Shown piece by piece: positions 63,127 to 64,000 of a stretch of 64,000 nucleotides of DNA. The DNA lies in NCBI GenBank assembly GCA_043228905.1, contig JBHGNT010000013.1, positions 3,782,001 through 3,846,000 on the forward strand, in the 5' to 3' direction. Below the pieces are notes generated by a model that saw nothing but the letters and a program-made list of their open reading frames with translations, had not been told where the DNA came from and made no database searches. The position numbers and the translations under genes were made by a program. This DNA comes from Azolla caroliniana. Taxonomy: Eukaryota; Plantae; Polypodiophyta. Within the stretch, counting starts at the first letter, position 1, and each line of letters opens with the position of its first letter.

Positions 63127-64000
63127 TGTCACAAAATGTGAATATCAAGGTTTGAACTTGTGACCTCCAAACAATGGTCTTACACTTCAACCATTGCACC
63201 AACTCATTTTCATTAGTAAATACATTTTCATATTATTATTATTCAAGAACTCTAGAGCACTAGACACATTAGATGACCGCCAAATGGCATGCGCCCTATA
63301 CGCCAAGTGGCGCACAACATATATGCCAAATGGCGATCATGCACATTCTGATGTATAGTATATAAGTCGAAGATCTGCTTAGTGTTGAACCATTCCGGTT
63401 CAACACCAGTCTTCAGCAACCTTGTAATCTCAGTTTCCGGTAATAGAAGTTCTTGTATTTTTGTCTTGTAAACTTCTTCTCGTTTGTTATTATCTTCTTT
63501 TCTTCCAAATTGACCTTGTCTTCGAAGCTTGGGTCACGACAGTTTGAACCGGAATCCCACATTTTTTTTCTCGAGTATCTAGTGAAGTTTTTCCGTCACA
63601 ATGGAGATCGTCAGTAAACAAGAGTATATGCGTATTCTCTCAGAACCTGACCTCCTAACAACAAAATTTATTGCATTGGAACAAGAGAATCATAAACTTC
63701 TTGGCGACTTGCAACAAGTGAGCGTTGAAAAGGCACAACAACATGAGGAACTCTCGAAACGTGTCCAACAACTTGAAGCTATTGTGTTATCTCTTCGACA
63801 ACAAGCTTCAACCTCTCAAAGTTTGTTGAAAGAACCCAAAATTAGTTTACCAACAAAATTTGATGGTACAAGGTCTCAAGTCCGAGGATTCTTAAATCAG
63901 GTACGACTTATAATTCATATGCATCCCAACCGATATCCAACTGACGCAGCTCGAGTGGGGTTAGTTGGAACATTATTGACAGGAACCGCACTAGCATGGT
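63127..64000 (+). mobile_element. Tcn1/sushi-like chromovirus 5' end: LTR (63127-63541), self-complementary PBS, start of gag; runs off window
   Basis: Host gag homology ends at 63126. TGTCAC...CACGACA termini, TATATAAG at 63359, gag ATG at 63601. Confidence 0.85.
63601..64000 (+). CDS. Tcn1/sushi-like (PEG10-type) Gag N-terminus, open to window end
   Basis: MEIVSKQ...coiled coil...EPKISLPTKFDGTRSQVRGFLNQVRL...YPTDAARVGLVGTLLTGTALAW; no stop in 133 codons. Confidence 0.88.
   Translation, partial: MEIVSKQEYMRILSEPDLLTTKFIALEQENHKLLGDLQQVSVEKAQQHEELSKRVQQLEAIVLSLRQQASTSQSLLKEPKISLPTKFDGTRSQVRGFLNQVRLIIHMHPNRYPTDAARVGLVGTLLTGTALAW

Noticed and set aside
63985-64000. Window-end gag stops at ALAW, the same residues where the minus-strand gag at 2727 begins, suggesting one element split by inversion
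   Set aside because: The right end is just the arbitrary window boundary; no breakpoint is visible, so this cannot be supported.

Overview
Eukaryotic, transposon-dense window. The host is inferred to be a non-seed land plant, probably fern- or lycophyte-like, from the Tcn1-type chromoviruses, Phygy-like Ty3/gypsy elements and a PLS-class PPR remnant. There is one intact host gene: a 3-exon short-chain dehydrogenase of the 3-ketosphinganine reductase (TSC10/KDSR)-like family at 23384-25974 (+), 363 aa. The rest is mostly nested retroelements: two Tcn1-like Ty3/gypsy pieces at the window ends, four Ty1/copia elements plus a copia solo LTR, two Phygy-like gypsy copies (one with a ~960-codon extra ORF downstream of pol), and two copies of a fungal-like (Ylt1-type motifs) gypsy family facing each other, one of which hosts four later LTR insertions. 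L1 and RTE-X-like LINE remnants, a hAT-like MITE, a decayed 18S rRNA fragment and several tandem arrays are also present. The most notable signals are a Tf1-type self-priming PBS, a frame-consistent -1 frameshift signal, the extra ORF with its own TATA box, U3 motifs shared between a gypsy and a copia LTR, and a DSB-repair scar in a copia 5' LTR. All family and clade calls come from motif recognition by eye; no database searches were run.
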